Position numbers and translations under genes: made by a program. A stretch of DNA of 59,869 bases from an uncultured Bacilli bacterium (GTDB lineage: Bacteria; Bacillota_I; Bacilli_A; RF39; UBA660): positions 1 to 59,869 of the forward strand of contig CAJUTW010000002.1 in NCBI GenBank assembly GCA_910589335.1, read 5' to 3'. The notes beneath the pieces are model-generated. The model made no database searches. It saw nothing but the letters and a program-made list of their open reading frames with translations, and was not told the DNA's origin. Below are positions 1-13,244 of the stretch, piece after piece. Within the stretch, counting starts at the first letter, position 1. Each line of letters begins with the position of its first letter.

Positions 1-118
1 CTAATGCATTTTTATTATCGCTTAGGAAACTGGAATTTACTTTTCTACTTCACGTAATAAAAAAAATTCTTAATGTTTTTACAATCTAAGAATTTTTTTC
101 TTTAGTAATTTATATTTT

Positions 119-1540
119 TTATATTAATTCATTTTGTAGTATTTCCATAGCTAGTTTTGGATCAATTTTTCCTTTTGTTTCTTTCATTACTTGTCCCATT
201 AAAAATTTTATTGCTCGATCATGACCATTTTTATAATCATTAACACTTTCAGGGTTATTCATTATAATTTTTTTAATTATTTCTTTTATAGCAGAATCAT
301 CAGTTATATTTTCAATATTATTTTCCTTAATTATTTCTTTTATAGATTTTGTACTTGTTAAAATAGATTCTAATATTTCTTTTAGATTTTTACTAGTTAA
401 AGTATTGTCTTCTATACAATTAATTAATTCTATAAAACGTTCTTTTGTTAGGGTTGTATCATTTATTGATTTTTCTGTTTTATTTAAATAGGCTGAAATA
501 TCTCCTAATAAAAGATTACTAGCTATTTGAAAGTTTGTAAATTCACTTAAAAGATTATTGAAATAATCACTAAGTACTCTATTTTGAATTAATTTAGTAG
601 TATTTATTTGAGAAACACCTTTTTCTAAATATAACTTTCTTCTTTCATCTGGTAACATTGGAATTGTCTTCTTAGCATTTTCAATCATTTCGTCAGTAAT
701 AATAACAAAGGGAATATCTGGTTCAGGAAAATAACGATAGTCATTACCAGTTTCTTTAACACGCATTAAAACTGTATCTCCTAACTTATCATCAAAACGT
801 CTTGTTTGTGGTTTAAATGTTTCTTTAGCTTCAATCATTTTTTCTTGACGTATTCTTTCTTTTTCAATACTTAAAGCAACATTAGAAATTGAACCAATAT
901 TTTTAATTTCTACTTTTGTACCAAACGGATCAGACTCTTTTTTTCTAATTGAAACGTTAGCATCAGCACGCATCGAACCTTCTTCAATTTTACAATCACT
1001 AATATTTCCATAGAAAAGAAGCTCTCTTAATTTTTCTAAATAAAGTTTTGCTTCTTCACCACTTTCCATACATGGTTTTGTAACTATTTCTATTAAAGGA
1101 ACTCCTGCTCGATTGAAGTCTAATAATGTTTTTGTTCCACGATGGGCACTTTTACATGTATCTTCCTCGATATGCATTTCTTCAATATAAATTTTTTTCT
1201 TTTCACCGTTTATTTCTATTTCTACATATCCATCATAGCCAATAGGAGTTCTAGCTTGAGTAATTTGATAATTTTTAGGATTATCTGGATAAAAATAATT
1301 TTTTCGATCAAAGTGCATCTCACGCCTTATTTTACAATTTAGTATTGTAGCTGCTTTAATAGCTAGATTAATTACTTCTTCATTTAAAGTGGGAAGAGTT
1401 CCTGGATAACCTAGGTCAACAACATTTGTTAAGGAATTGGCCATTTCACCATAACCATTTATAGAGTTTGAAAATATTTTAGTATTTGTCTTTAATTCTA
1501 CGTGTACTTCAACACCAACTGTTGCGATATAATTACTCAT
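119..1540 (-). CDS. gatB: Asp-tRNA(Asn)/Glu-tRNA(Gln) amidotransferase subunit B
   Basis: Full-length GatB-like ORF (VGVEVHVEL near the N-terminus, PDERR, C-terminal YqeY-like tail), directly downstream of gatC-gatA. Start set to ATG 1540 (MSNYIATVG), preceded by AAGGAGGAG and overlapping the gatA stop. The ORF-track start at 1564 is less likely. Confidence 0.93.
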   Translation of the reverse strand: MSNYIATVGVEVHVELKTNTKIFSNSINGYGEMANSLTNVVDLGYPGTLPTLNEEVINLAIKAATILNCKIRREMHFDRKNYFYPDNPKNYQITQARTPIGYDGYVEIEINGEKKKIYIEEMHIEEDTCKSAHRGTKTLLDFNRAGVPLIEIVTKPCMESGEEAKLYLEKLRELLFYGNISDCKIEEGSMRADANVSIRKKESDPFGTKVEIKNIGSISNVALSIEKERIRQEKMIEAKETFKPQTRRFDDKLGDTVLMRVKETGNDYRYFPEPDIPFVIITDEMIENAKKTIPMLPDERRKLYLEKGVSQINTTKLIQNRVLSDYFNNLLSEFTNFQIASNLLLGDISAYLNKTEKSINDTTLTKERFIELINCIEDNTLTSKNLKEILESILTSTKSIKEIIKENNIENITDDSAIKEIIKKIIMNNPESVNDYKNGHDRAIKFLMGQVMKETKGKIDPKLAMEILQNELI

Positions 1541-2990
1541 TATGTTCTCCTCCTTTTGGATCAAGTTTAAGACTTAGTTCTTTTTCAATAAAACTTGCCA
1601 AATGGTAGATTTTGGCTTCTTCAAAGGCATTAGCAATTATTTGCATACCAATTGGCATATGATTACTATCAAATCCAATTGGAATATTTAATCCAGGTAG
1701 ACCAGCCATATTTACTGGAATTACTAAAACGTCATCCATAAAACTCTTCTTTGGATCATCCATTGGATCAGTCAAATTATAAGCTGTAGTTGTAGTCGTT
1801 GGTCCTATTATTAAATCATAATCTTTAAAGATATTAGTAAGTTCCTTTCTCATATCATCTCTAATTGATAGGGCTTTATTGTAATAAGTTTTAGCATTCT
1901 CACCACTTAAAAGGTAAGAACCTACCATTATTCTTCTTTTTACTTCTTCTCCAAAACCTTCAGCTCTTGTACCATAATAAACATCTTCTATATTTTCAGG
2001 ATTTTCTTTAGAATGTCCATATCTAATTCCATCAAAACGAGCTAAGTTAGAACTAGCTTCTCCCATAGCAATTATTTGATATAAGGTCATAGCTTTATCA
2101 ATATATTTTATATCAACATAATCTACTTTTGCACCATTATTTTCTAAGACTTTTATTGTATCTTTGACTTTATTTATTATTTCAATATTTACAATATCAC
2201 TCATAAAAAAGTTTGGTACAGCTATTTTTAAACCTTTAATATCTTTGCCTATAAAACGTGTAAAATCTTCATCTTCTTTTTTTGCACTAGTTAAATCTTT
2301 ATCATCTTTTCCAACAATAGCATTTAAAAGAACGGCATTTTCATAAACATTTTTAGTCATTGGTCCAATTTGATCTAAGCTTGATGCGAATGCTACTAAA
2401 CCATAACGTGAAACTCTTCCATAGGTTGGTTTCATTCCAACAATTCCAGTATAACTTGCTGGTTGCCTGATTGAGCCTCCTGTATCGCTTCCTAGTGCAA
2501 ATAAAACATCTCGAGCAGCAATTGTAGTTGCAGAACCACCTGATGATCCACCAGAAATTTTTTCTTTATTCCAAGGATTTCTAGGAGCACCAAAGTAACT
2601 AGTTCTACTGCTTGAACCCATAGCAAACTCATCCATATTAGTTTTACCAATAATAATCATATTTTTAGATTTTAATTTTTCCACTACTGTTGCATTGTAT
2701 ATTGGAATAAAGTTATCTAAAATATGAGAGGCACAAGTTGTTCTTAGATCTTTAGTAATTATATTATCTTTTAAGGCAATTGGTAAACCAAATAAAATAT
2801 TATCAACTTCTTTATTTTCTAATTCTTTTGCTTGTTTTAGTGCCTCTTCTTTATTTAAGGTAATATAGGCATTTAATTCTTTATTATTTTCAATATTTGC
2901 AAAGGCTTCTTCTACAAGAATAGTTGGTGTAATTTTCTTTTCTTTCAACAACTTATTAATTTCTTCAATCTTTAAGTTTAAGTATTTCAT
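1533..2990 (-). CDS. gatA: Asp-tRNA(Asn)/Glu-tRNA(Gln) amidotransferase subunit A
   Basis: Amidase signature (GGSSGGSA, GSDTGGSIRQP). Start set to ATG 2990 (MKYLNLKIEE), 1 nt after the gatC stop; the longer ORF to 3011 would overlap gatC. Confidence 0.93.
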   Translation of the reverse strand: MKYLNLKIEEINKLLKEKKITPTILVEEAFANIENNKELNAYITLNKEEALKQAKELENKEVDNILFGLPIALKDNIITKDLRTTCASHILDNFIPIYNATVVEKLKSKNMIIIGKTNMDEFAMGSSSRTSYFGAPRNPWNKEKISGGSSGGSATTIAARDVLFALGSDTGGSIRQPASYTGIVGMKPTYGRVSRYGLVAFASSLDQIGPMTKNVYENAVLLNAIVGKDDKDLTSAKKEDEDFTRFIGKDIKGLKIAVPNFFMSDIVNIEIINKVKDTIKVLENNGAKVDYVDIKYIDKAMTLYQIIAMGEASSNLARFDGIRYGHSKENPENIEDVYYGTRAEGFGEEVKRRIMVGSYLLSGENAKTYYNKALSIRDDMRKELTNIFKDYDLIIGPTTTTTAYNLTDPMDDPKKSFMDDVLVIPVNMAGLPGLNIPIGFDSNHMPIGMQIIANAFEEAKIYHLASFIEKELSLKLDPKGGEHNE

Positions 2991-2991
2991 C

Positions 2992-3300
2992 TTAAGCACC
3001 CTCTCCATCACTAATTACTACAGGAACTTCAATATAGTTTCCACTATGTCTTGGAGCTAAATTAATAACATCTTTTGGATTTAGCATTTCTTTAGCTTCA
3101 TCTTTTCTTAATTTTGTAGATTCACTCCAACAAGCTATTAAAATATCATCATCATAACCTTTTACGTCGTTTATTTTTTCTACATCATTTAAAAGTTCTT
3201 TTAATTCTACTTGATATTTTTCTATTTCTTCTTCTGTTAAAGAAATACGTGCAAGTTCTGCAACATGTAGTACTTCTTCGCGTGATAGTTTATCTTTCAT
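2992..3300 (-). CDS. gatC: Asp-tRNA(Asn)/Glu-tRNA(Gln) amidotransferase subunit C
   Basis: 102-aa ORF (EVLHVAELARISLTEEE) immediately upstream of gatA, in the canonical gatCAB order. Confidence 0.88.
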   Translation of the reverse strand: MKDKLSREEVLHVAELARISLTEEEIEKYQVELKELLNDVEKINDVKGYDDDILIACWSESTKLRKDEAKEMLNPKDVINLAPRHSGNYIEVPVVISDGEGA

Positions 3301-3416
3301 AATTTTCTCCTTTATTTTCTTTTATTAAAAAAGTCTTTATAATTTGCTTGGTTATTTATTTTTTAGATATTATGTATTTTTTTGAAAATGCAATAGTTAC
3401 TCCTTTGACGTTATTT

Positions 3417-3444
3417 ATTATATCATATAATGGCGTTTTGTCAT
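3417..3444 (-). promoter_or_regulatory. Candidate sigma-A promoter for gatCAB
   Basis: Minus strand reads ATGACA-16 nt-TATAAT (-35 at 3444-3439, -10 at 3422-3417), about 120 nt upstream of the gatC start. Confidence 0.3.
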
Positions 3445-3471
3445 AATAAAAGATAATGACTAGCATTACCT

Positions 3472-4269
3472 TTATTGTTCAGCATAACAATTATTTATAT
3501 ATAATTTATTAGGTTTTGTTTTAGTCTTATACTTATAATTTGTTATTGTTCCAATGATTGTTATATTCTTATTTTCTTTTAAATTTTCTAAAACATTTTT
3601 TTCAGTTGCCATAGAACATTCAAAATCAAGAGAATATTTTTTTCCATCATCTTCAAAACTTAATATTATTTTATTATTTTTTTTGTCAATACTTTTTAAA
3701 GTTGAATTAATTCTTACAAACTTTTTATAATATTTTTTATATGTTTTTACTTCTTTACCTGACATTTCAATTGCTAGATCTAAATCTTTCATAGTAATTG
3801 GATCAATATTATATTTTAAATTCCAAAGACCAATTTCTTTATCTTTTCGTCCTTGTTTTTGATTATATTTTATAACTTTATAACCTATTCCATAATATGC
3901 TTTAGAACCTCCATCTTTATAAGTCTTTAATGGAAGTGCAAAAAAAGGTCCTGCATCATATCTTGCTACACTAATTACATCAATAGAAATCATAGTTAAA
4001 ATTATGATTATTATCGCAAAAATTATATTTATTATTTTTTTATATTTTTTTGTTTTATTTTTAAGATAATCTTCTTCATCTTCTATATATTCTTCATTTT
4101 CTATGTATTCTTCTTCTGAATTAATTTCATCATCGTTAGTTTCTTCTATAAATTCATTTTCTGATTGAATAGAATATGAATTTAGAATTTCGTCTTCTTT
4201 ATTAGCTAAAGTTATTGTATTTTCTTCATAAATATCAAAATCTAAATCATTATTTTTTTTCTTAAACAT
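3472..4269 (-). CDS. Membrane-anchored hypothetical protein (acidic N-terminal tail, one TM helix, ~150-aa outer domain)
   Basis: 265-aa ORF. It has a D/E-rich N-terminus, a hydrophobic segment IINIIFAIIIIILTMISIDVI and then a soluble domain. It occupies the slot where CamS sits in Bacillus-type ligA-gatC synteny, but I cannot recognise CamS motifs. Confidence 0.6.
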   Translation of the reverse strand: MFKKKNNDLDFDIYEENTITLANKEDEILNSYSIQSENEFIEETNDDEINSEEEYIENEEYIEDEEDYLKNKTKKYKKIINIIFAIIIIILTMISIDVISVARYDAGPFFALPLKTYKDGGSKAYYGIGYKVIKYNQKQGRKDKEIGLWNLKYNIDPITMKDLDLAIEMSGKEVKTYKKYYKKFVRINSTLKSIDKKNNKIILSFEDDGKKYSLDFECSMATEKNVLENLKENKNITIIGTITNYKYKTKTKPNKLYINNCYAEQ

Positions 4270-4469
4270 TATATACCACCTCTTTATCCCCTTTTATGGG
4301 CTTTATTATAACATATCTTATATAATTTGTAAAGAATGATGGATTACTGGATAGTGTAAAATGGTTTGGGGAATGTTAAAAATAGATTAAATACTCAATT
4401 AAAATCTTATTATTTATTAATATTTAATAATTCACTGCATATTATTTTCTTACATCTGCATATTTTTTC

Positions 4470-7525
<3,056 letters not shown>

Positions 7526-7614
7526 AAAAATCATCCTTTTACTTATATAAGTATATCATTTAGAATAACAAAAAAAAAGATGGTTGACATCTTTAAATAA
7601 TTTTTTAATTTTTT

Positions 7615-8544
7615 TTATAATTTCCATAAATTTTGTGGATATATATTTTCATCTGTTAATTTCTTTAACGCTTCTACTACCATTTCTTTATCTTCTTTAT
7701 ATGTTACTCCATACCATACTGCTGAAGTTTCTATAATATATACTTTTCCTTTTTCTTGTTTTACATAATCATTTAAAACTTCAGGTATTAAAAATTCACA
7801 TGTATTTAAATCATTTTTATTTTCTTCTAAAAATATATCTAATTTTTTTTCTATTAAGTCAAAGATACTTAAATCAAATAGTAAGAAATTCATACAAGCT
7901 ATTGTATTTTTACTTGTTAAAAATATTGGACTGCCATCTAGTGGCTCTACTTCTGCTTCATCATTTTTTAATATTACTTTACTTTCTGTTAATTGAATAA
8001 GATTATTGTTTTCATCAACTTCACATACACCTCTTTTGGCAGAACCATTTGGTGTTAAAGTGTTTCCTAATCTATAAGCAACAATTCCATATTCTTTCTC
8101 TTTAAAATTGTAAAGATAAGATTTGGCTTTTTCATAAGCATCTCTTCCATAAAAATCATCAGCATTAATAACTGCAAAAGGTCCATCCACTTTTTCTTTT
8201 GCACACAAAATCGCATGAGCTGTTCCTAAAGGTTTTACTCTATCTTTTAATAAATTTTGATATTCTTCTTTTAAAAATTTATTTGTTTGAAAAACGTATT
8301 CTGTTTTTATGTGAGGCTCTACTCTTTTACCAATAGTTTCTTTAAATATTTCATAGTTTTCTTCTTTAATTATAAAAACAACTTTATTAAATCCCGCTTT
8401 TTTAGCATCATAAATTGAGTAATCAATAATAAATTCTTTATTTGGCCCTAATGGTTCTATTTGTTTTAAACCTCCAAATCTGCTTCCCATTCCAGCAGCC
8501 ATAATAACTAAAGTTAAATCTTTTTCCATTTTTTTATTTTTCAA
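7615..8544 (-). CDS. Sugar-phosphate nucleotidyltransferase family protein
   Basis: N-terminal MAAGMGSRFGGLKQ (GxGxR nucleotide-binding loop) and VINADDFYG, typical of NTP-transferase folds. Substrate unknown. Confidence 0.7.
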   Translation of the reverse strand: MKNKKMEKDLTLVIMAAGMGSRFGGLKQIEPLGPNKEFIIDYSIYDAKKAGFNKVVFIIKEENYEIFKETIGKRVEPHIKTEYVFQTNKFLKEEYQNLLKDRVKPLGTAHAILCAKEKVDGPFAVINADDFYGRDAYEKAKSYLYNFKEKEYGIVAYRLGNTLTPNGSAKRGVCEVDENNNLIQLTESKVILKNDEAEVEPLDGSPIFLTSKNTIACMNFLLFDLSIFDLIEKKLDIFLEENKNDLNTCEFLIPEVLNDYVKQEKGKVYIIETSAVWYGVTYKEDKEMVVEALKKLTDENIYPQNLWKL

Positions 8545-8595
8545 TCTTAAGATTGATTCCTTTCTTTTTTATAAAAACATAAAAATTATCATTTG

Positions 8596-10692
8596 TTAAA
8601 CTTTCGATAGTTTTTTATGATTTTTCATAAGTTTCTTTATACCATGAGGATGTTTAAATGCAACGCTTACTAAAGTATTAGTTACTTCTACTACTTTTCC
8701 TGTACCAAATGATTCATGATAAACATAATCTCCTACTTGATAATCAACATCTTCTTCTCTAAACATTTCACCAGTATTTATTTTTTCTTGTTTTTCTGGT
8801 AGTTCTTCTTTTACATTTGTTTCTAGTAATTCTTTATTTATCTCACTTAGAAATCTACTTACAGGGTTAATTTGTTCTTTACCAAATAAAGTTCTTCTTC
8901 TAGCATTTACTAAATGAAGTTCATCTTTAGCTCTAGTAATTGCAACATAGCATAATCTTCTTTCTTCCTCTATTTCAGAACTTTCCATTAATGAATTCAT
9001 ATGAGGAAAAATCCCTTCTTCCATACCTACCACAAAAACATGATCAAACTCTAAACCTTTAACAGAATGAACTGTCATTAAACTTATTCTATTTGGATCA
9101 TCTTTATATTCTTCAACATCACTTATTAGACTTATTTCTAAAAGGAAATCTTCTAGAGAAATTAAACCTTCTCTTTCTTCAAATGATTTTGTAATAGACT
9201 TAAATTCTTCTAAGTTTTCTAATCTTATTTCGGCTTCTAAAGTTTTTTCACTTTCAAGGTCTTGTCGCATACCTGATGCATCTAATACTTTGTCGATTAA
9301 TTCTGTAAGTGTTAAGTTGTTAGATACTTCTTTTAATCTTTCAATTAAATTTTTAAATTCTAATTCTTTACCACCAGTGATAGCATCATAAATACTTATT
9401 CCTTCAGTATCAGCTTTTATAGTTAAATTTTCGATTGTTTTTAAACCAATTCCTCTTTTTGGAGTATTTATTACTCTTAATAAACTAACATTGTCTCTTG
9501 AGTTGTGGATTAGTCGTAAATATGCAATTAAATCTTTTATTTCCTTTCTTGAATAGAAATAAAAACTTCCTATTACTCGATATGGTAAATTTTCTTTTAA
9601 CATTTCCTCTTCTAAAACACGAGATTGTGCATTGGTTCTATAAAGAATGGCCATATCTTTGTATTCTATCGATCTATTTGTTAGCTCTTTTATTTTTCTA
9701 ATAACATAAGCGGCTTCATCACGTTCATTGTATGCACGATAATATTTTATTTTTTCTCCACTTCCGCGTGAAGTCCAAAGATTTTTATCTTTTCTTTGTT
9801 TATTATTTTTAATTACTTGATTTGCTGCATCTAATATATTACTAGTTGATCGATAATTTTGCTCTAAAAGAATAGTTTTTGCATCTTTATAATCTTTTTC
9901 AAAGTTTAAAATATTTTTATAATTTGCTCCACGAAAACTATAAATACTTTGAGAATCATCGCCTACACAAGTTATTTTTCGATTTTTTTCGCTTAATAAT
10001 TTTGTTAAGACATATTGAGCTTCATTGGTATCTTGATACTCATCAATTAAAATATATTGATATAGGTCTTGATAGTCATTTAACGTATCAGAATTTTTCT
10101 TAAAAAGTTCAATTGGTAATAATAATAAATCATCAAAATCAACAGAGTTGTTTACTTTTAATTTTTTTTCATATTTTTCATATATTTCTTTAACTACTTT
10201 TTCATAATCACTTACAGCATATCTTTCATACATACTAGGTGATGTCATTTCGTTTTTACAACTACTTATTTTATTACGTATTGCTCTAGGATTATAAATT
10301 TTTGGATCATACCCCATATCTTTTATAATTTTTTTTACTACAGTTAGGGAGTCATCACTATCCATAATAACAAAGTTCTTTTCATAACCTAATTTTTCAT
10401 AGTTTTCTCTTAATAGTTTTAACCCAAAGCTATGAAATGTTGATACTTGTAGTTTCTTAGCAGTAATTCCAATTTGATTAAAAAGTCTATCTTTCATTTC
10501 TTTAGCTGCTTTATTAGTAAAAGTAATTGCTAAAATATTTTCTGGTCTTACATTTTTTTCTTCAATTAAAAAGGCTATCTTTGTTGTTAAAGTTTTTGTT
10601 TTTCCTGCTCCTGCTCCAGCAATTATTAATAATGGTCCTTCATTATATAGTACTGCTTCTTTTTGCATATCATTTAATTGTTCTAAATTCAT
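8596..10692 (-). CDS. pcrA: ATP-dependent DNA helicase PcrA/UvrD family
   Basis: 698 aa. Walker A AGAGAGKTKTL, DEYQDT (motif II), VGDDSQSIYSFRGA and a C-terminal Tudor-like tail. Classic position upstream of ligA. Confidence 0.93.
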   Translation of the reverse strand: MNLEQLNDMQKEAVLYNEGPLLIIAGAGAGKTKTLTTKIAFLIEEKNVRPENILAITFTNKAAKEMKDRLFNQIGITAKKLQVSTFHSFGLKLLRENYEKLGYEKNFVIMDSDDSLTVVKKIIKDMGYDPKIYNPRAIRNKISSCKNEMTSPSMYERYAVSDYEKVVKEIYEKYEKKLKVNNSVDFDDLLLLPIELFKKNSDTLNDYQDLYQYILIDEYQDTNEAQYVLTKLLSEKNRKITCVGDDSQSIYSFRGANYKNILNFEKDYKDAKTILLEQNYRSTSNILDAANQVIKNNKQRKDKNLWTSRGSGEKIKYYRAYNERDEAAYVIRKIKELTNRSIEYKDMAILYRTNAQSRVLEEEMLKENLPYRVIGSFYFYSRKEIKDLIAYLRLIHNSRDNVSLLRVINTPKRGIGLKTIENLTIKADTEGISIYDAITGGKELEFKNLIERLKEVSNNLTLTELIDKVLDASGMRQDLESEKTLEAEIRLENLEEFKSITKSFEEREGLISLEDFLLEISLISDVEEYKDDPNRISLMTVHSVKGLEFDHVFVVGMEEGIFPHMNSLMESSEIEEERRLCYVAITRAKDELHLVNARRRTLFGKEQINPVSRFLSEINKELLETNVKEELPEKQEKINTGEMFREEDVDYQVGDYVYHESFGTGKVVEVTNTLVSVAFKHPHGIKKLMKNHKKLSKV

Positions 10693-10763
10693 ATATTATC
10701 TACTTCCTGTTCTTATTTAATTATACATTAGTTTATTTGTTTAGACAATTAATTTGTATTTTA

Positions 10764-10806
10764 AATAAAAAAACATTTAAGATAGTTTAATTTAACTTAA
10801 ATGTTT
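10764..10806 (-). terminator. Rho-independent terminator after the 10837-11604 gene
   Basis: Minus strand has stem AAACATTTAAG / CTTAAATGTTT (10806-10796 / 10781-10771), a 14-nt loop and then a T-run. Confidence 0.6.
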
Positions 10807-10836
10807 CAATATAATCTTATTTTTTCGTTGTATTTA

Positions 10837-11604
10837 TTATTTTATTATACTTTTAACTTTTGTTTTTGCATATTCTGATATAGGCTCTGTTAGACTTGTA
10901 GAGATTTCTTTACTTAATTCGTTTATAAACATTATATTATTTGTTGCTTTCTTAACCCATTTACTTATTAGTTTTAATTCACTTTTAGTAAAATCACCAC
11001 TTTTTAACATTTCATAATATAAAAATTTTGCTATTGTAAAATTTAACATTTTTTGATTAGTATCACTTATACTAAGAGCAGTATTATTTGGATAAATAAA
11101 TTTATCTAAATCACATAATTTCATAAAATTTTCTGTATAAATATAACTTCCACGATTTACATCTTTGGCAATAACTTTTTTATTAGTTAAGATTGTAAAA
11201 TCTTCTGATAATTCGAAACTTGCACAATCTAAGTCACTACATAAAAAATCACCAGGATCTTTATATTCACTTGTACCTTTTTTCTTCTCACTAGCTAAAT
11301 TATTTAAGAAAACCATTGCATATCCACAAAAAACGCCTTCTAAATCAAGTATAATATCAATTGGTTTAACTATTCTTTTTAAAGTTAACTCATTTATAAA
11401 ATATAATATTTTTTCAAATGTCATTAAATTTTTTTCTTTACGTAAATTAATATCATATTTTAAAAGTTTTAAAGCGATATTATTATATTGAAAAACTATT
11501 CCATCATGTCCTGCTCCAACTTTTTCAAGTTGAGAAGTATTTATAACATTTTCTAAATTACTTTGTAGTACTATTTTTTTATTTTTTATCTTTTTATTTT
11601 CCAT
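10837..11604 (-). CDS. Hypothetical protein, protein-kinase-like fold suspected
   Basis: 255 aa. It has a glycine-rich loop plus lysine (VGAGHDGIVFQYNNIALKLLK), a KDVNRGS catalytic-loop-like motif and a CDLDKF (DFG-like) motif. Weak, motif-only call. Confidence 0.4.
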   Translation of the reverse strand: MENKKIKNKKIVLQSNLENVINTSQLEKVGAGHDGIVFQYNNIALKLLKYDINLRKEKNLMTFEKILYFINELTLKRIVKPIDIILDLEGVFCGYAMVFLNNLASEKKKGTSEYKDPGDFLCSDLDCASFELSEDFTILTNKKVIAKDVNRGSYIYTENFMKLCDLDKFIYPNNTALSISDTNQKMLNFTIAKFLYYEMLKSGDFTKSELKLISKWVKKATNNIMFINELSKEISTSLTEPISEYAKTKVKSIIK

Positions 11605-11627
11605 ATTTTTATTACCTCTACTAATTT

Positions 11628-12581
11628 TTAATTTAATTCTTTATATAACTCTTCAAGTTCTGTAAATTTTCTTTTTTCTTGTTCTTCTTCTATTTTACTT
11701 ATAATATTTTCTGTTTCTTTATAGTTTTCTATTTGAGTCTTTTCTAAGATTGGTGGTGTTGTAATATTATTTTCATTAATAGTATTTTCTTTACTTTTGT
11801 GATTTTGTAATATTTTAATTATTGTTTTATAATCTTCAAGAGTTAACATATTATCATAAATTTTTAATAGTTCATCTTCTTCATTTTTATTAAATGTTTT
11901 TTTAGAAATATTTCCATTAACTTTAGTTGGAAATTCTTTAGGAATAAAATTTTCTGGTAGTTTTTTGACTTTTTTTATTCGTATAATTTTTTTAACAGGT
12001 TGCTTATATTCTTTTTTTAAATAAAATATAAATATTTTATAAATAGTTAAAAATACAATCCAAATTATAAAAATAAGGCTAGATAATTCTATTAATGCTA
12101 ATGCTTTTCTGTTACCATATACTGAATTTTGACTATAAATATCTAATTGATGCGTATTTATTATTTTTAATACAAGGAAAAACAAATAATTTATAAAAAT
12201 ATAGACTACTATATTAATTTTTTTGATTATTTTTGATACTTTATAATTAAATAAACTTATATAAAAAATTATATTAGTAATTATTAAGCCAAATGCATAT
12301 ATAGCAAGATTTGGAAAATATATGGCTATAAAAAAGTTATTCATCATATAATCAAACATTTTATTTAAAGAGATATTATATTTTATAAAAAAATAAATTA
12401 GAGTAAAAGAAATGAATGCTATATAAATATATCTAATATTTTTAGCATTTTTTTTATTTGAATTTAAAAATATAATACTTAGTAATATTAAAACAATTAA
12501 TAAAATTAAATTAATAGTTTTTGATACTTCAAAAAATATTGATACTTTATCTACTAAAGAGATTTTATTCATATCTTTCAC
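11628..12581 (-). CDS. Polytopic membrane protein with a charged C-terminal tail, function unknown
   Basis: 317-aa ORF with about 6 hydrophobic helices followed by a K/E-rich tail. Confidence 0.6.
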   Translation of the reverse strand: MKDMNKISLVDKVSIFFEVSKTINLILLIVLILLSIIFLNSNKKNAKNIRYIYIAFISFTLIYFFIKYNISLNKMFDYMMNNFFIAIYFPNLAIYAFGLIITNIIFYISLFNYKVSKIIKKINIVVYIFINYLFFLVLKIINTHQLDIYSQNSVYGNRKALALIELSSLIFIIWIVFLTIYKIFIFYLKKEYKQPVKKIIRIKKVKKLPENFIPKEFPTKVNGNISKKTFNKNEEDELLKIYDNMLTLEDYKTIIKILQNHKSKENTINENNITTPPILEKTQIENYKETENIISKIEEEQEKRKFTELEELYKELN

Positions 12582-12593
12582 CCCCCTATTTTT

Positions 12594-13244
12594 TTATTCT
12601 TCTATATTAATTAACTCGGCTATATAAATGGTTTGTGTTTTCGAATCATTATTTGTACAAGTAATTAATGTTAATGTTGTTTTATCGTAGTTTCTATAAA
12701 TTGCTAATTTTCCTATTTTTGGTTGTTTATAAATATTTACGATATTGTAAGTATACTTTTTATTCTTATATGTGATATATGCTTTATCATTAATGTTAAG
12801 TTTATATAGATCATTAAAGAATGCTTTCCATCCTGTTCCAGAATGACCTGCTAAAATTAAATTTCCTCTTTCTGTATCAGGATAATTTGATCCTTCTACT
12901 ACTAAAATATTTTTTTCGACATCATTTTCTTTTGATCTTTGATCTAAGAAACCTTTAGTTAAATTTATCTTTGGTATATAAAGATATCCTATATAATTAT
13001 TTGTTATTTCCTCTAATGGCTTTTCTTCTTTTATAGTTTTATTTTGGTCTTCTTCTATTGTAATATTTTCTACTTTATTTTCATTGTAGAAAGTATTTGC
13101 CATATAATCATAAGCCATTATTTTTTTTGATTGAATATAATTATATGAAAGAAAGAATCCTCCAACTAAAGTTATCAACGTGCCATTAATAGCTATGATA
13201 CTAGGAGAGATTCTTTTGTCTTTTAAATTATGCTTTTTTTCCAT
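12594..13244 (-). CDS. Sortase (chromosomal copy)
   Basis: N-terminal TM anchor, LILAGHSG (catalytic His) and TLITCT (catalytic Cys). Its 5' end overlaps the 3' end of the adhesin gene. Confidence 0.8.
   Translation of the reverse strand: MEKKHNLKDKRISPSIIAINGTLITLVGGFFLSYNYIQSKKIMAYDYMANTFYNENKVENITIEEDQNKTIKEEKPLEEITNNYIGYLYIPKINLTKGFLDQRSKENDVEKNILVVEGSNYPDTERGNLILAGHSGTGWKAFFNDLYKLNINDKAYITYKNKKYTYNIVNIYKQPKIGKLAIYRNYDKTTLTLITCTNNDSKTQTIYIAELINIEE

Noticed and set aside
3301-3471. T-box or attenuator leader upstream of gatC.
   Set aside because: No specifier-loop or T-box consensus, and no terminator/antiterminator pair, could be found. Only a plausible promoter is present.
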